DNA of 64,000 nucleotides from an uncultured candidate division Zixibacteria bacterium (lineage in GTDB: Bacteria; Zixibacteria; MSB-5A5; GN15; PGXB01): NCBI GenBank assembly GCA_963702205.1, contig OY969724.1, positions 3,264,001 to 3,328,000 on the forward strand, in the 5' to 3' direction. Both the position numbers and the translations under genes were made by a program. Under the pieces are notes generated by a model. It was not told the origin of the DNA. It saw nothing but the letters and a program-made list of their open reading frames with translations, and did not search any database. Shown here one piece after another: positions 39,264 through 49,316 of the stretch; within the stretch, counting starts at the first letter, position 1; each line of letters opens with the position of its first letter.

Positions 39264-41396
39264 TTAATTGGGGAAATAAAGCGTGAAACTGGTCCCTTTT
39301 CCCTCTTCGGATATGACTGCCAACGTCCCCCCATGAGCGGTTATAATGCGCTCGACTACCGCCAGCCCCAGCCCGGTGCCGGTTTCCTTGGTCGTATAAT
39401 AACGGTCAAATATGCGCGAAAGGTTCTCTTTCTTTATACCTTTGCCGGAATCGGTGACCGTAACCGCCAGGTAGTCGGTTTTTTTAAAATCCGGACGATC
39501 TATCTTGCCGGATACAACAATCTCACCTTCATCGTCGATGGCATCGATGGCATTCAAGAAAAGGTTGAGGAAGATTTCGAGAATCTGGTTTTTATTTATT
39601 GGAATTTCCCAGTTGCAGTCTTCAAAATTTTCGCTGAATTTAATCTTTTTTTTGCGCATATCCGGCTTGATCAGTTCCGCCGCCCGGCGGATGACCGACC
39701 GAACATCCCTCAATTCGGTTTCGTACTTTTGCGGTTTTGAAAAATCAACCAGCTCTTTGACCAGTTCATTAAGCCGCTGGATTTCTTCTTCGGCCATGTG
39801 GAAAAACTGGGTATCTTCGGTAACCTGCGGCCACTTTTCGCCGAGTATCTGAATCCACCCCTTGATATTGGTCAGAGGCTTGCGCAGATCGTGCGAGATT
39901 TCGGAAATCATATTTCCCATAGTCAACAGGCGGGTGGCGTTCAACAGGGCCTTTTCGCGTTCATAGAACCCCGTCGCCTGGGATACCATAAGTTTTATCA
40001 GCGATAAATCCTGCTCGGTAAACGGGCTGTCTTCCTGTGCGTCGATGCAGAAAATATACCTCAGCTCTCCCTCCTGCATCACCGGAAGAGCCGTGAATTT
40101 TTCGGTTGTTTTGGGATAAATCGAATATGAATCGACCTGCTCGCCGATGTATTTCGAGAGTGATTTGATATCGTTTATATCCACCGCCGCCAGATCTATG
40201 TTCTCCAGATTCAAATCTTCGGCTTTCACCATCTCCAGATTGATCGATCCGCTTTCGGTCAGAGGGATATCGGTGCCGGTCACGCCGACCGGTCGCAGAC
40301 TTTTATGAAGAGGCCGCCATTCGAACCAGAGGGCGAAATCTATCGGCAACAATTGCTTCATGTAATTGAAAACCGCATTGCGCATGGCTGAGACCGACCC
40401 GACCCGAGACAACTGGTTGGATAGTTCAAAGAGTATCGAAAATTCCTTCAGTTTGCGCTTGTTGGTCTCGAACAATCTGGCATCGTATATAGAAATCGCG
40501 GCCTGCGATGCAAACGTGGTCAGCAGTTTTAAATCATGATCGTCAAATTTGGAGCCGTCCTTACGGTTGGCCATATTGATAACGCCAAGAATGTTATTGG
40601 TGACTTTCAACGGCACCGATAAAAGCGATGAGGAACTATAGCGCTCTTTATTGATGCGTTGAAAACGATCGTCTTTCTCGACGTCTGATATTATAATCGG
40701 CTCGCCGTTCTGAGCCACAAAGCCGGCGATAGATGAACCCACCGGCAGTTTGACCGACTTTGCGATTTCCGGCTCGAGGCCGATAAAAGCCTCTATTGTC
40801 AAAAGCTGACCGGTCGGGTCGACCAGCATGATCGACCCCAGTTCCGACTGTGTAACGGTCGTCGCCAGCGTAAGGATTTTATCCAATAGTTCCTGTATAT
40901 TGAACGATGAACCAATCGACGTGGCGGCTTCGTACAGTGCGTTTATTTCTTCAAGGCGATTATACAGATTCAGGTTGGCTACCTGTAAATCGTTCAGAAG
41001 CTTTTTGCGGGCCAGCGAGGCCTTACGTTTCTCCAGACCGCGTTCGACCGAGATTTCGAGCTGCGTGAATTCGACCGGTTTGAGAAGATATTCAAACGCC
41101 CCGCTCTTTATGGCATCGAGCGACGTCTCCAGCGAGGCATAGCCGGTCATGAGAATGACGATAATCTCCGGGTCGACGTCGCGGGCGGCGCGAAGAATAT
41201 CCATGCCCCCGATCTCGGGCATTTTTATATCGGTCAATACCAGGCTGAACTGCCGGCGACGCATGAGGTCGATGGCTTCTTTGCCCGATTGCGTGGTGAT
41301 GACATCGTAACCGTCGGCGGTGAGAAGTTCATACAGCGAATGGCACATCCGCTCTTCGTCGTCGACCACCAGTATTTTTTCAGATTCCCCAGTCAT
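39264..41396 (-). CDS. Hybrid REC-GAF sensor histidine kinase
   Basis: N-terminal REC, GAF domains, SHDLRKPL and N/G1/F/G2 boxes. Confidence 0.92.
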   Translation of the reverse strand: MTGESEKILVVDDEERMCHSLYELLTADGYDVITTQSGKEAIDLMRRRQFSLVLTDIKMPEIGGMDILRAARDVDPEIIVILMTGYASLETSLDAIKSGAFEYLLKPVEFTQLEISVERGLEKRKASLARKKLLNDLQVANLNLYNRLEEINALYEAATSIGSSFNIQELLDKILTLATTVTQSELGSIMLVDPTGQLLTIEAFIGLEPEIAKSVKLPVGSSIAGFVAQNGEPIIISDVEKDDRFQRINKERYSSSSLLSVPLKVTNNILGVINMANRKDGSKFDDHDLKLLTTFASQAAISIYDARLFETNKRKLKEFSILFELSNQLSRVGSVSAMRNAVFNYMKQLLPIDFALWFEWRPLHKSLRPVGVTGTDIPLTESGSINLEMVKAEDLNLENIDLAAVDINDIKSLSKYIGEQVDSYSIYPKTTEKFTALPVMQEGELRYIFCIDAQEDSPFTEQDLSLIKLMVSQATGFYEREKALLNATRLLTMGNMISEISHDLRKPLTNIKGWIQILGEKWPQVTEDTQFFHMAEEEIQRLNELVKELVDFSKPQKYETELRDVRSVIRRAAELIKPDMRKKKIKFSENFEDCNWEIPINKNQILEIFLNLFLNAIDAIDDEGEIVVSGKIDRPDFKKTDYLAVTVTDSGKGIKKENLSRIFDRYYTTKETGTGLGLAVVERIITAHGGTLAVISEEGKGTSFTLYFPN

Positions 41397-42744
41397 ATTC
41401 TATATCTTCTTGTTCTATCGGCAGATCGATATCAAAACACCCGCCCTTTTTTGTATTGTGGAAATTTATCGTACCACCGTGGTTGGATATTATTCCATAG
41501 CAGACCGACAGACCGAGCCCCGTCCCGCCTCCGCCTTCTTTGGTCGTGAAGAACGGTTCGAAAATGTGCGGGATATGTTTTTCATCGATACCAGTACCTG
41601 AGTCCTCTATGGATATCGACACGCTGTGTTCGTGAGGTGACAGGCTTATATGTATTTCGCCGTCGGATTTGACAGCATCCTTGGCGTTCAGTAGAACATT
41701 TAAAAATACCTGCTTTAGCCCTTCGGGCCAGGCCATGATAGCAGGGAGTTCCCCATTGATATCGATTTTTAATTTTATATTGGCGTCCTCGAGCTGATGG
41801 CTTAAAAGCGAAACGACCTCGCGGAAAACATGATTCAAATCGGTCTGGAGAAAACGCGCGGCTTTGGGTCGGTGAAAGTCCAGCAGCTGACGAACTATCT
41901 GGGCGATGCGGTCGATTTCCTGACGGATTACACCGACGTACTCGGAAGCTTTGGGTGCCATACCCTCCTTCTCACATTCACGTGAAGCCAGATGCAGATA
42001 ATTTTTTATTATGCCGAGAGGGTTGTTGACCTCGTGCGCTATCCTCGCTGAAAGCTGTCCCAGCGCGGCCAGCCTTTCCGACTGCACCAGAAGCTGCTGG
42101 GTTTCCCGGAGCTTTTCCAGCGCTTCCTTTTCGGATTCAAACAGCCGGGCGTTTTCGATCGAGACGGCGGTCTGGCTGGCCAATATCGATAAGAATTCTA
42201 TATCATCGGGCTGATAGTTCTGCCCCGATTCTTTTCTGGCGATAACCAGAATCCCCCCCAGTTTGGTTTGGAAGACCAGCGGCACGATCAATCCGTTCGG
42301 GAAAAACTCCAGAAAAGCCTGCACTTCTTCGGTCTTGAATTTATCCCTGATTTCCGGTACCGGAACCGGTCGGTTGAGATCGGTTATGTACTTACCGAAA
42401 CTTTTCTGAGGCTGGATAATTATTTCTTCGGCGGGAAACGGTGCCGGTCCTTTGATCCGCACCATTTTGAATTCGGTCTGACCCGGCGCCGGAGGGAGAT
42501 ACAACGCCGCTTTGGCCGAGCCCATTTGTCCCAGCGAAGTCAGCACGAACGAATCGAGCAGAGTACTGAAATTAAGCACCGCGTTGAAATTGCGGCTGAG
42601 TTCAAAAACCGTATACAGATCGAATATTTTTCTTTTAAGCTGGCGGTTGGCCTGAGTCAGATCGGCCAGGCGTTTTTCAGACTGACGTTTGAGTTTGGCA
42701 ATGGTTTCTTTCGATGAAGCAGTTGTCTTTTTCTTTTGGGTCAT
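41380..42744 (-). CDS. GAF sensor histidine kinase
   Basis: AHEVNNPL, DSGTGI, FEPFFTTK and GTGLGL motifs. Confidence 0.92.
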   Translation of the reverse strand: MTQKKKTTASSKETIAKLKRQSEKRLADLTQANRQLKRKIFDLYTVFELSRNFNAVLNFSTLLDSFVLTSLGQMGSAKAALYLPPAPGQTEFKMVRIKGPAPFPAEEIIIQPQKSFGKYITDLNRPVPVPEIRDKFKTEEVQAFLEFFPNGLIVPLVFQTKLGGILVIARKESGQNYQPDDIEFLSILASQTAVSIENARLFESEKEALEKLRETQQLLVQSERLAALGQLSARIAHEVNNPLGIIKNYLHLASRECEKEGMAPKASEYVGVIRQEIDRIAQIVRQLLDFHRPKAARFLQTDLNHVFREVVSLLSHQLEDANIKLKIDINGELPAIMAWPEGLKQVFLNVLLNAKDAVKSDGEIHISLSPHEHSVSISIEDSGTGIDEKHIPHIFEPFFTTKEGGGGTGLGLSVCYGIISNHGGTINFHNTKKGGCFDIDLPIEQEDIEYDWGI

Positions 42745-44030
42745 AAAATATCGTTCATCTCCGCCATAAATTCGCCCACCGCAAAATGGGACCCGCAGAT
42801 AATTACGATATCGTCAGGCCGGACGTTTTTTATGACTTTACGGGCCGATTCGACCAACGATTGCGAAATCTCCACCGGTATTTTGCCGCTGAAATGGGAT
42901 GCGATCTCCTCCGGTGGCGTGCTGCGATAAGTCTTCAGCAGGCACACCTGCGCCGACAGGGCTATTTTTTCAAGGGTCGCGACAATTTCTTTAAGGCTCT
43001 TGAATCTAACGAAACCCATCACCAGATGCGCCTTGCGGCCGGGAAATATTTCCTTGAATGTCTCGACCGTGGCCCTGACACCGGCCGGGTTGTGACCGAC
43101 GTCAAGAATGATGGTGGGCCGGTCTTTCTTCCTGATGATTTCAAACCGGGCGGGCCAGTCGGTTTTCCTGAGTCCGTTTTTAATTGCGGTCTTATTAATA
43201 TTGAATCCGTTGTCGTTGATAAACCGGCATACTTTCACCGCCAGCGCGGCATTTTTAACCTGATGTAAACCGGGCAGCGACGGCTGCAGGTTCATCTTCC
43301 CCCATCCTGATTTATCGTCGCGGTAATAGAACCCGAACGGCTTTCCGTCCATCGAGAAATCATCTCTATCAAGTGACTCAAGCGACGTCTTTCGTTCACG
43401 GCAAACCTGCCTTACCGTCTTGCGGGCCAGCGGCGGCAGCAAACCGATTTGCACCGGCACGCCCGACTTGATAATCCCCGCTTTCTCCCACGCGATTTTG
43501 TCAAGAGTATCACCGAGAAGATTGGTGTGATCATACGATATATCCGTAATGACCGAAAGCAGTGGCCGGAGCGTATTGGTGGCATCGAGCCTCCCGCCCA
43601 GCCCAACTTCTACTACACCCAGATCGACCTTCTTCGATGCAAAATAACAAAACGCCAGAGCGGTGCAGACCTCGAAAAAAGTAATGTTGTGCTCTTCCAT
43701 CACGTCCCGGTACTTTCGTACAAAATCACTTATAAACCGCTTTGAAATTCTTTCACCGTCGACCTTTATCCTCTCCCGGAAATCGACCAGATGCGGCGAC
43801 GTGAATATCCCCGTACGATACCCGGCCTCGCGTACGATGCGTTCGACATAAGAAGCCGTGGACCCCTTACCATTGGTGCCGGCGATATGTACCGACGGAA
43901 ACTTGTCCTGCGGGCGACCGATGGAGTCCAGGAACCTGGAAATGTTCTCCAGACCGAGTTTTATGCCGAAATGCTCCCGAGCCAGAATAAAGTCCAGAGC
44001 GTTGTCATAAGCGCTGATATTGGGGGACAT
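42741..44030 (-). CDS. folC: Folylpolyglutamate synthase/dihydrofolate synthase
   Basis: HIAGTNGKGS, TSPHL, EVGLGGRLDATN and DVGHNP motifs. Confidence 0.96.
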   Translation of the reverse strand: MSPNISAYDNALDFILAREHFGIKLGLENISRFLDSIGRPQDKFPSVHIAGTNGKGSTASYVERIVREAGYRTGIFTSPHLVDFRERIKVDGERISKRFISDFVRKYRDVMEEHNITFFEVCTALAFCYFASKKVDLGVVEVGLGGRLDATNTLRPLLSVITDISYDHTNLLGDTLDKIAWEKAGIIKSGVPVQIGLLPPLARKTVRQVCRERKTSLESLDRDDFSMDGKPFGFYYRDDKSGWGKMNLQPSLPGLHQVKNAALAVKVCRFINDNGFNINKTAIKNGLRKTDWPARFEIIRKKDRPTIILDVGHNPAGVRATVETFKEIFPGRKAHLVMGFVRFKSLKEIVATLEKIALSAQVCLLKTYRSTPPEEIASHFSGKIPVEISQSLVESARKVIKNVRPDDIVIICGSHFAVGEFMAEMNDIL

Positions 44031-44032
44031 AC

Positions 44033-44875
44033 TTACCTGTGATTGATGTATTCGAGAAGTAAAGCCAGGGTGTCACGCAGTTCGCTTCGTTCGACGATCT
44101 TATCCAGAAAGCCTTTTTCTTTGAAAAATTCAGACGACTGAAATCCGGGCGGAAGGTCCTGCCCGATTGTCTGCTGAATGACGCGGGGACCGGCAAATCC
44201 CAGCAGGGCTTTGGGCTCGGCGATGATCAAATCACCGAGAGAAGCATAAGAAGCCATCACACCGGCCGTTGTTGGATTGGTCAGGACCGAAATATACGGC
44301 AGCCTCTTCTCGGCCAGTTTGGCCAGAAGTGCCGATGTTTTCGCCATCTGCATCAGCGATAAAATGCTCTCCTGCATGCGAGCCCCGCCGGAACAGGAGA
44401 CGATAATCAATGGAATCTCGCGATCAAGGGCCCGCTCGATAGCCCGAGCTATTTTCTCGCCGACCACCGAACCCATCGACCCGCCGATAAATGAAAAGTC
44501 CATTATCGAAAATGACAGCTCGATCCCCTTTATTTTGCCAATTCCGCAAATGACGGCGTCATTCAGCCCGGATTTTTCGATCGCGGCCCTGATGCGGTCG
44601 GGATATTTCTTGGAGTCTCTAAATCGCAGCGGGTCTTTGGACACGAGATTGTTATCATATTCCTCAAGCTGCCCGCCATCCAGAAGGAAGCTAATATATT
44701 TGCCCGACGTTATCCGGAAATGATACCGGCATTTCGGGCAGACCCACAGATTGGTTTCAAGCTGTTTGGTATATATGACCTCGCTGCACTCTGGGCATTT
44801 TGTCCAGAGGCCGTCGGGGATATCTTTCTTGGCCTGAGCGCTTAAACCGGATTTTGTCTTTTTAAACCAATCCAT
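44033..44875 (-). CDS. accD: Acetyl-CoA carboxylase carboxyltransferase beta subunit
   Basis: Zn finger CPEC/CPKC, GGSMGSVVGEK and GGARMQE. Start at MDWFKK (44875). Confidence 0.96.
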   Translation of the reverse strand: MDWFKKTKSGLSAQAKKDIPDGLWTKCPECSEVIYTKQLETNLWVCPKCRYHFRITSGKYISFLLDGGQLEEYDNNLVSKDPLRFRDSKKYPDRIRAAIEKSGLNDAVICGIGKIKGIELSFSIMDFSFIGGSMGSVVGEKIARAIERALDREIPLIIVSCSGGARMQESILSLMQMAKTSALLAKLAEKRLPYISVLTNPTTAGVMASYASLGDLIIAEPKALLGFAGPRVIQQTIGQDLPPGFQSSEFFKEKGFLDKIVERSELRDTLALLLEYINHR

Positions 44876-44883
44876 GGCTTCTG

Positions 44884-45348
44884 TCAGCCTTCCCGCAGGT
44901 TTTTCACCATAACAAGGGCGTCTTCGGTCGGAGAATGATAATAATTCGCCCGACAATACAAATCCAAAAAGCCGAACTTCCTGTATAGACTTATAGCCGC
45001 CTGATTCGACGGCCGCACTTCAAGGAAAATGTGATCGCAATCGGCCTTTTGGGCGATTTCTAAGATATGGTTTAATAATGTTTTCGCAATAGATTTTCCG
45101 CGATATTCCGGCGCGACGGCTATATTGATAAGCTGCGCCTCCCCGCCGCCGATTAAATATCCGGCGTAACCGCATAAGGCTCCGTTACTTTCGGCCAACA
45201 GAAAACCACTGTTAACCGAATCGACGTCCTGCTCGAACGCCTCCCTCGGCCAGGCATCGGAAAATATCTCCTGCTCCAGAAGCGTCACCAAATCGAGGTC
45301 GGCTTCAACCATCGGTCGAATCGTTATGCTTGGTTTTTTGGCTGACAA
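44884..45348 (-). CDS. rimI: Ribosomal protein S18 alanine N-acetyltransferase
   Basis: NIAVAPEYRG, LEVRPSN..AI.LY.KFGF and YY..P.EDA motifs. Confidence 0.9.
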   Translation of the reverse strand: MSAKKPSITIRPMVEADLDLVTLLEQEIFSDAWPREAFEQDVDSVNSGFLLAESNGALCGYAGYLIGGGEAQLINIAVAPEYRGKSIAKTLLNHILEIAQKADCDHIFLEVRPSNQAAISLYRKFGFLDLYCRANYYHSPTEDALVMVKNLREG

Positions 45349-45351
45349 AGT

Positions 45352-46020
45352 CTATTGCCTGGGTTTTACCGGGAAAGTTTGAATATACAGCGGCACCAGC
45401 CGGTCGATATCATCGCCTCCGGACTCGCGCAATTTCTCGCGGCCCGTCTTGACATAAAGACCGGTCGTTATGGCGAAATTATCCGCAGTAAGATGGGTCA
45501 TGGCTTTCAACTGATGATCGTTGATATTTTGATCTGTTAAATATACCCGTTTGGCTTGCGTCAATGATGCCAACTCAGCCGATTTTACAATCCTGATGCT
45601 ATTGGCGTCGAAAACTGATTCCGAAGATTCATACATATAATACTCGCCACGTCGGGACGGAATTAATATCATCGTCTGGCCGAAGGCAGCGTGCAACGGC
45701 GCGGATATCGCTTCAAAGGTCGTAACCCCGACAATTGGGAGGTCGAGCGCCAGTGCCAATCCTTTGGCAGCCGCCAGACCGACCCTTAAGCCCGTGAACG
45801 ATCCGGGCCCGGTCGAGACCACCAGACCGTCAAGGTCGGTTTTCCGCATCGAGGCTTCTCTAATCGTCTTCTCTATCAGGTTAAAAATAAACTCCGCGTG
45901 ACGGAAACGATCGGTGCTGATTTCTTCTGTCACCATATCATTGCAGGCAACCCCGACGCGCAGCGTCGACCCGGAGCTGTCGATCACAAGCAGATTGTCA
46001 TATTGTTTCGATCCGTTCAT
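45352..46020 (-). CDS. tsaB: t6A biosynthesis protein TsaB
   Basis: IDSS, HAE, GPGSFTGLRVG..AKGLA and terminal PLY. Confidence 0.92.
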   Translation of the reverse strand: MNGSKQYDNLLVIDSSGSTLRVGVACNDMVTEEISTDRFRHAEFIFNLIEKTIREASMRKTDLDGLVVSTGPGSFTGLRVGLAAAKGLALALDLPIVGVTTFEAISAPLHAAFGQTMILIPSRRGEYYMYESSESVFDANSIRIVKSAELASLTQAKRVYLTDQNINDHQLKAMTHLTADNFAITTGLYVKTGREKLRESGGDDIDRLVPLYIQTFPVKPRQ

Positions 46021-46451
46021 TGCGCAAACCTGATGTCGATGTCCCGCTCGTTGTCGGACACGATCGCGATATTAATTTTGATCACGTTATTCGGCAGAAG
46101 GCCGTCGGCCTTCTCGCCCCATTCGACCACGACTATGCCGTCGCGGAGCAGGTAATCATCCCAGCCAATATGGTATAATTCTTCGAGGTCGTTCATACGG
46201 TACAAATCGAAATGATACAGGGTCCATTTCCCCTGATACTCGTTGACCAGCGTGTACGACGGCGATTTGACCCAATCTTCGGCAATGCCTATCCCCCGCG
46301 CCAGGCCTTTGATAAAAACCGTCTTGCCCGCTCCGAGCGGTCCGGTCAGGACGATAACGTCGCCGTCGACAAGGTCCCCGGCCAGGTTTTCACCGATTTC
46401 GATGGTTTCCCGTTCGGATGATGAATGTGCTTTCCGGCTGTCGCGAAACAT
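46017..46451 (-). CDS. tsaE: t6A biosynthesis ATPase TsaE
   Basis: GPLGAGKT, SPSYTLVNEY, HFDLYR and VEW motifs. Confidence 0.95.
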   Translation of the reverse strand: MFRDSRKAHSSSERETIEIGENLAGDLVDGDVIVLTGPLGAGKTVFIKGLARGIGIAEDWVKSPSYTLVNEYQGKWTLYHFDLYRMNDLEELYHIGWDDYLLRDGIVVVEWGEKADGLLPNNVIKINIAIVSDNERDIDIRFAQ

Positions 46452-46455
46452 ATTG

Positions 46456-48003
46456 TTATCGGGGCGTCAGCACGGCCACCGGCACAACCAATTCTTCGAG
46501 CGAAATGCCACCGTGCTGGAAAGAGTTCTGAAACTGCCGGACGTATTCATTGTACTTATTGGGATACACGAAATAAAAATCTTCCTTGGCGATAATATAA
46601 GTCGTCGCGAGGCTAAATTTGGGCAGATGATATTGTTCCGGCTTTTTTATCAGAAAAGCGTCCCTGGAATCGCAGTTCAGATTGTCACCGTACTTATAAC
46701 GCAGGTTGGTCGAGGTGTCTTTCTTGCCATGAGCGATCGTCCCCCGCGAACAAAGCACCGACCCGTGATCCGACGTCATAACCACCGTGTATCCCTTGGC
46801 CGCGAAAGATTTCAATATCGTAAACAACGGCGAATGCACGAACCAGCTGTGCATCAGCGACCGGAAGGCCGCCTCGCTGCCGGCGATTTCCTTGAGAATC
46901 ACATTGGTCGACCGGCCGTGCGCGAGAATATCCAGGAAATTGAAAACGAACGCCACCGCCTGGCTCTGGAAATAATCCCCCGTTTTCTTGGCCAGCGCTT
47001 CACCCTCGGTATTGTCGTATATTTTCTCGTAGCGAAGCGAATCGGCCGCCTTGATCCCCTTGCGCTTGAGCTGGTCGGCCAGATAGCGGTCTTCGTTACG
47101 GTTGAGCGAACCCTCGTCGACGTTCTGCCAGTGTTCCGGGTATATACGCGCGATTTCATCGGGAAACATCCCGGCGAAAATGGCGTTGCGGGCGAACGGC
47201 GTCGCCGTCGGCAATATGGAAAAATACGTCTCGCGCTGGACGTCGAAATATTCCGCGACGCTCGATTCAATGGTCAGCCACTGGTCCAACCGCATGCAAT
47301 CGACCACGACCAGCAGGACTTTCTTCCCTGATTTTAGAAGCGGTACCATGTACTTATCGAGCAGATCGGGCGACATGGTCGGGCGGTTATCCGAATTTAC
47401 CCACGCCAGATACTGCTTGTCGAGATACTTCGTAAATTCGGTGTTCCATTCGCGGCGGGTTCCGGTGTGCGTCTCGAAAAGCCCCTGATCGGGACTTTCG
47501 TCCAATTCCAGGTCCCAGGAGGCCAGCAGCCGTCCGGCTTCCAGCCAGTCCTCCGGTTCCATGGCACCGTACAATTTCTGATTAAAACGATTGATATCGG
47601 TGATGTAGCGCTTCATCTGCGTCGCCGATACGATGCGCTTTTGCTCCAGCTGACGCTTGGCCACCATGAGTACCTGAGACGGATTTACCGGCTTGGTCAG
47701 ATAATCATCTATCTTTTGTCCGATTGCGTCTTCCATGAGCGATTCTTCTTCGGATTTGGTCACCATCACCACGGGAAGATGCGGCCGCAGCTCTTTTATT
47801 TCCTCAAGAGTCGTCAGGCCGTCCTTGCCCGGCATCATCTCATCGAGCAGGACCAGGTCGATGGTTTCGGCCGCCACTTTGCTGACGGCATCGTCGCCTG
47901 AAATGGCCGTAATGACCGCAAAGCCTTTTTGCTCCAGAAAAAGTATATGCGGCTTAAGGGAGTCTATTTCGTCGTCTACCCAGAGTATTTTCTTTTTATC
48001 CAT
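46456..48003 (-). CDS. porX: PorX-like response regulator with PglZ/alkaline-phosphatase domain
   Basis: ILWVDDEI REC domain, LPTATPFARNAIF, TSDHG, STNLRYK and FQHGGISLEE. Confidence 0.88.
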   Translation of the reverse strand: MDKKKILWVDDEIDSLKPHILFLEQKGFAVITAISGDDAVSKVAAETIDLVLLDEMMPGKDGLTTLEEIKELRPHLPVVMVTKSEEESLMEDAIGQKIDDYLTKPVNPSQVLMVAKRQLEQKRIVSATQMKRYITDINRFNQKLYGAMEPEDWLEAGRLLASWDLELDESPDQGLFETHTGTRREWNTEFTKYLDKQYLAWVNSDNRPTMSPDLLDKYMVPLLKSGKKVLLVVVDCMRLDQWLTIESSVAEYFDVQRETYFSILPTATPFARNAIFAGMFPDEIARIYPEHWQNVDEGSLNRNEDRYLADQLKRKGIKAADSLRYEKIYDNTEGEALAKKTGDYFQSQAVAFVFNFLDILAHGRSTNVILKEIAGSEAAFRSLMHSWFVHSPLFTILKSFAAKGYTVVMTSDHGSVLCSRGTIAHGKKDTSTNLRYKYGDNLNCDSRDAFLIKKPEQYHLPKFSLATTYIIAKEDFYFVYPNKYNEYVRQFQNSFQHGGISLEELVVPVAVLTPR

Positions 48004-48020
48004 AGTAATTTCCCGTTTTA

Positions 48021-49316
48021 TTACATCCAGCCGCGAGGTTGCGGGACGTTGTATAATTTTTTTCGTTTTACCCGGTCGCTCTTGTTTACAGGAAGGACGA
48101 TCTGAAACGTCGTTTCGCCCGGTTTGGATCTGAGAAGTGCAATTCGTCCGCGATGGTACTCCTCGACTATTCTTCTCGCCAGCGTCAATCCCAATCCCCA
48201 GCCGCGCTTCTTGGTCGTAAAACCGGGCCGAAACAGCTTGCGGGCCGTCCCCGGCGGAATGCCCTTGCCGTTATCGGAAATTTCCACGACGACAAATCGG
48301 TTATCCCTGGACTGATCGGAAAATATCTCGATGCGCCCGGCCTGGGGATCGACCGCTTGCAGGGCGTTTTTCAGAAGATTTTCAATGGCCCAGGTGATCA
48401 ACTGCCCGTTGAGCGAGACTTCGGGTAGTGGATTGAGCTTGCAGACGATCTCGGTTCCTTTACCGTCGAACGGCAGCCGTCTTCGGAAATATTCAGCCGT
48501 TACATTCAGGAGTTCGTTCAGGTCATCTTCCTTTAGTTCCGGAAGGGAGCCGATTTGACCGAAACGATTGGCCACGCGCTGCAGGCGGTCCACGTCGGTG
48601 GACATTTGCTGAAAGATCTCGGGGTAATCCGGTTTATTGCCGGAGGTGCCGCCCTGACCTTCGGCATTGTTATGGCTCAGCAGTTCCAGCCAGCCCATGA
48701 GCGATGATATCGGCGTGCCCAGTTGATGCGCCGTTTCTTTGGCCATACCGACCCAGATATGCCTTTCCTCCGAGCGGCGGATGTTCTGAAAGCCGATGAA
48801 GCCGACCAGTATAAAGGCTCCAACCAGACCCAGTTCCACGAACGGCATCCACTTCAGCTGACGGATAATTTTCGAGTCACCGTAATAAAAATAAGAAATA
48901 ACCCGGTCACCGTATGACAGTGGAATCGCACCGTTGGCTTTTTTCATGTCAATGGCCAGTTCCCTGATTTTGGCGTGCACCGCCGGGTCGGGGTCGTTAT
49001 CTGAAATATTGGGGATGTTCCGCCAAAATACCGGATTACCCGCCGTATCGGCAATAATCACCGGAAAACTCGCCTTGGTGATGATTTCCTCAAAAATAAT
49101 CTGGACTTCGCCGGTCGAGGTATCTTCGTTCGCGGCCAGCTGCCAGAGCTTGACGTATGACCGCACCGACTTTTCCGCTTCGGCCTTGAGCTGACCGATC
49201 ACATCGACCGTGTAGTAAATAAAAACGCATGATATGACGATCAGTCCGAGGATCAGAAAGAGCTTGAAAAAAGTCGTTCCCCCGAACGAATGCCGTATGC
49301 TGTATGAATCATTCAC
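48021..49316 (-). CDS. porY: PorY-like membrane sensor histidine kinase
   Basis: Two TMs, WVGMAKETAHQLGTPISSL and FTTKKRGWGLGL. Confidence 0.78.
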   Translation of the reverse strand: MNDSYSIRHSFGGTTFFKLFLILGLIVISCVFIYYTVDVIGQLKAEAEKSVRSYVKLWQLAANEDTSTGEVQIIFEEIITKASFPVIIADTAGNPVFWRNIPNISDNDPDPAVHAKIRELAIDMKKANGAIPLSYGDRVISYFYYGDSKIIRQLKWMPFVELGLVGAFILVGFIGFQNIRRSEERHIWVGMAKETAHQLGTPISSLMGWLELLSHNNAEGQGGTSGNKPDYPEIFQQMSTDVDRLQRVANRFGQIGSLPELKEDDLNELLNVTAEYFRRRLPFDGKGTEIVCKLNPLPEVSLNGQLITWAIENLLKNALQAVDPQAGRIEIFSDQSRDNRFVVVEISDNGKGIPPGTARKLFRPGFTTKKRGWGLGLTLARRIVEEYHRGRIALLRSKPGETTFQIVLPVNKSDRVKRKKLYNVPQPRGWM

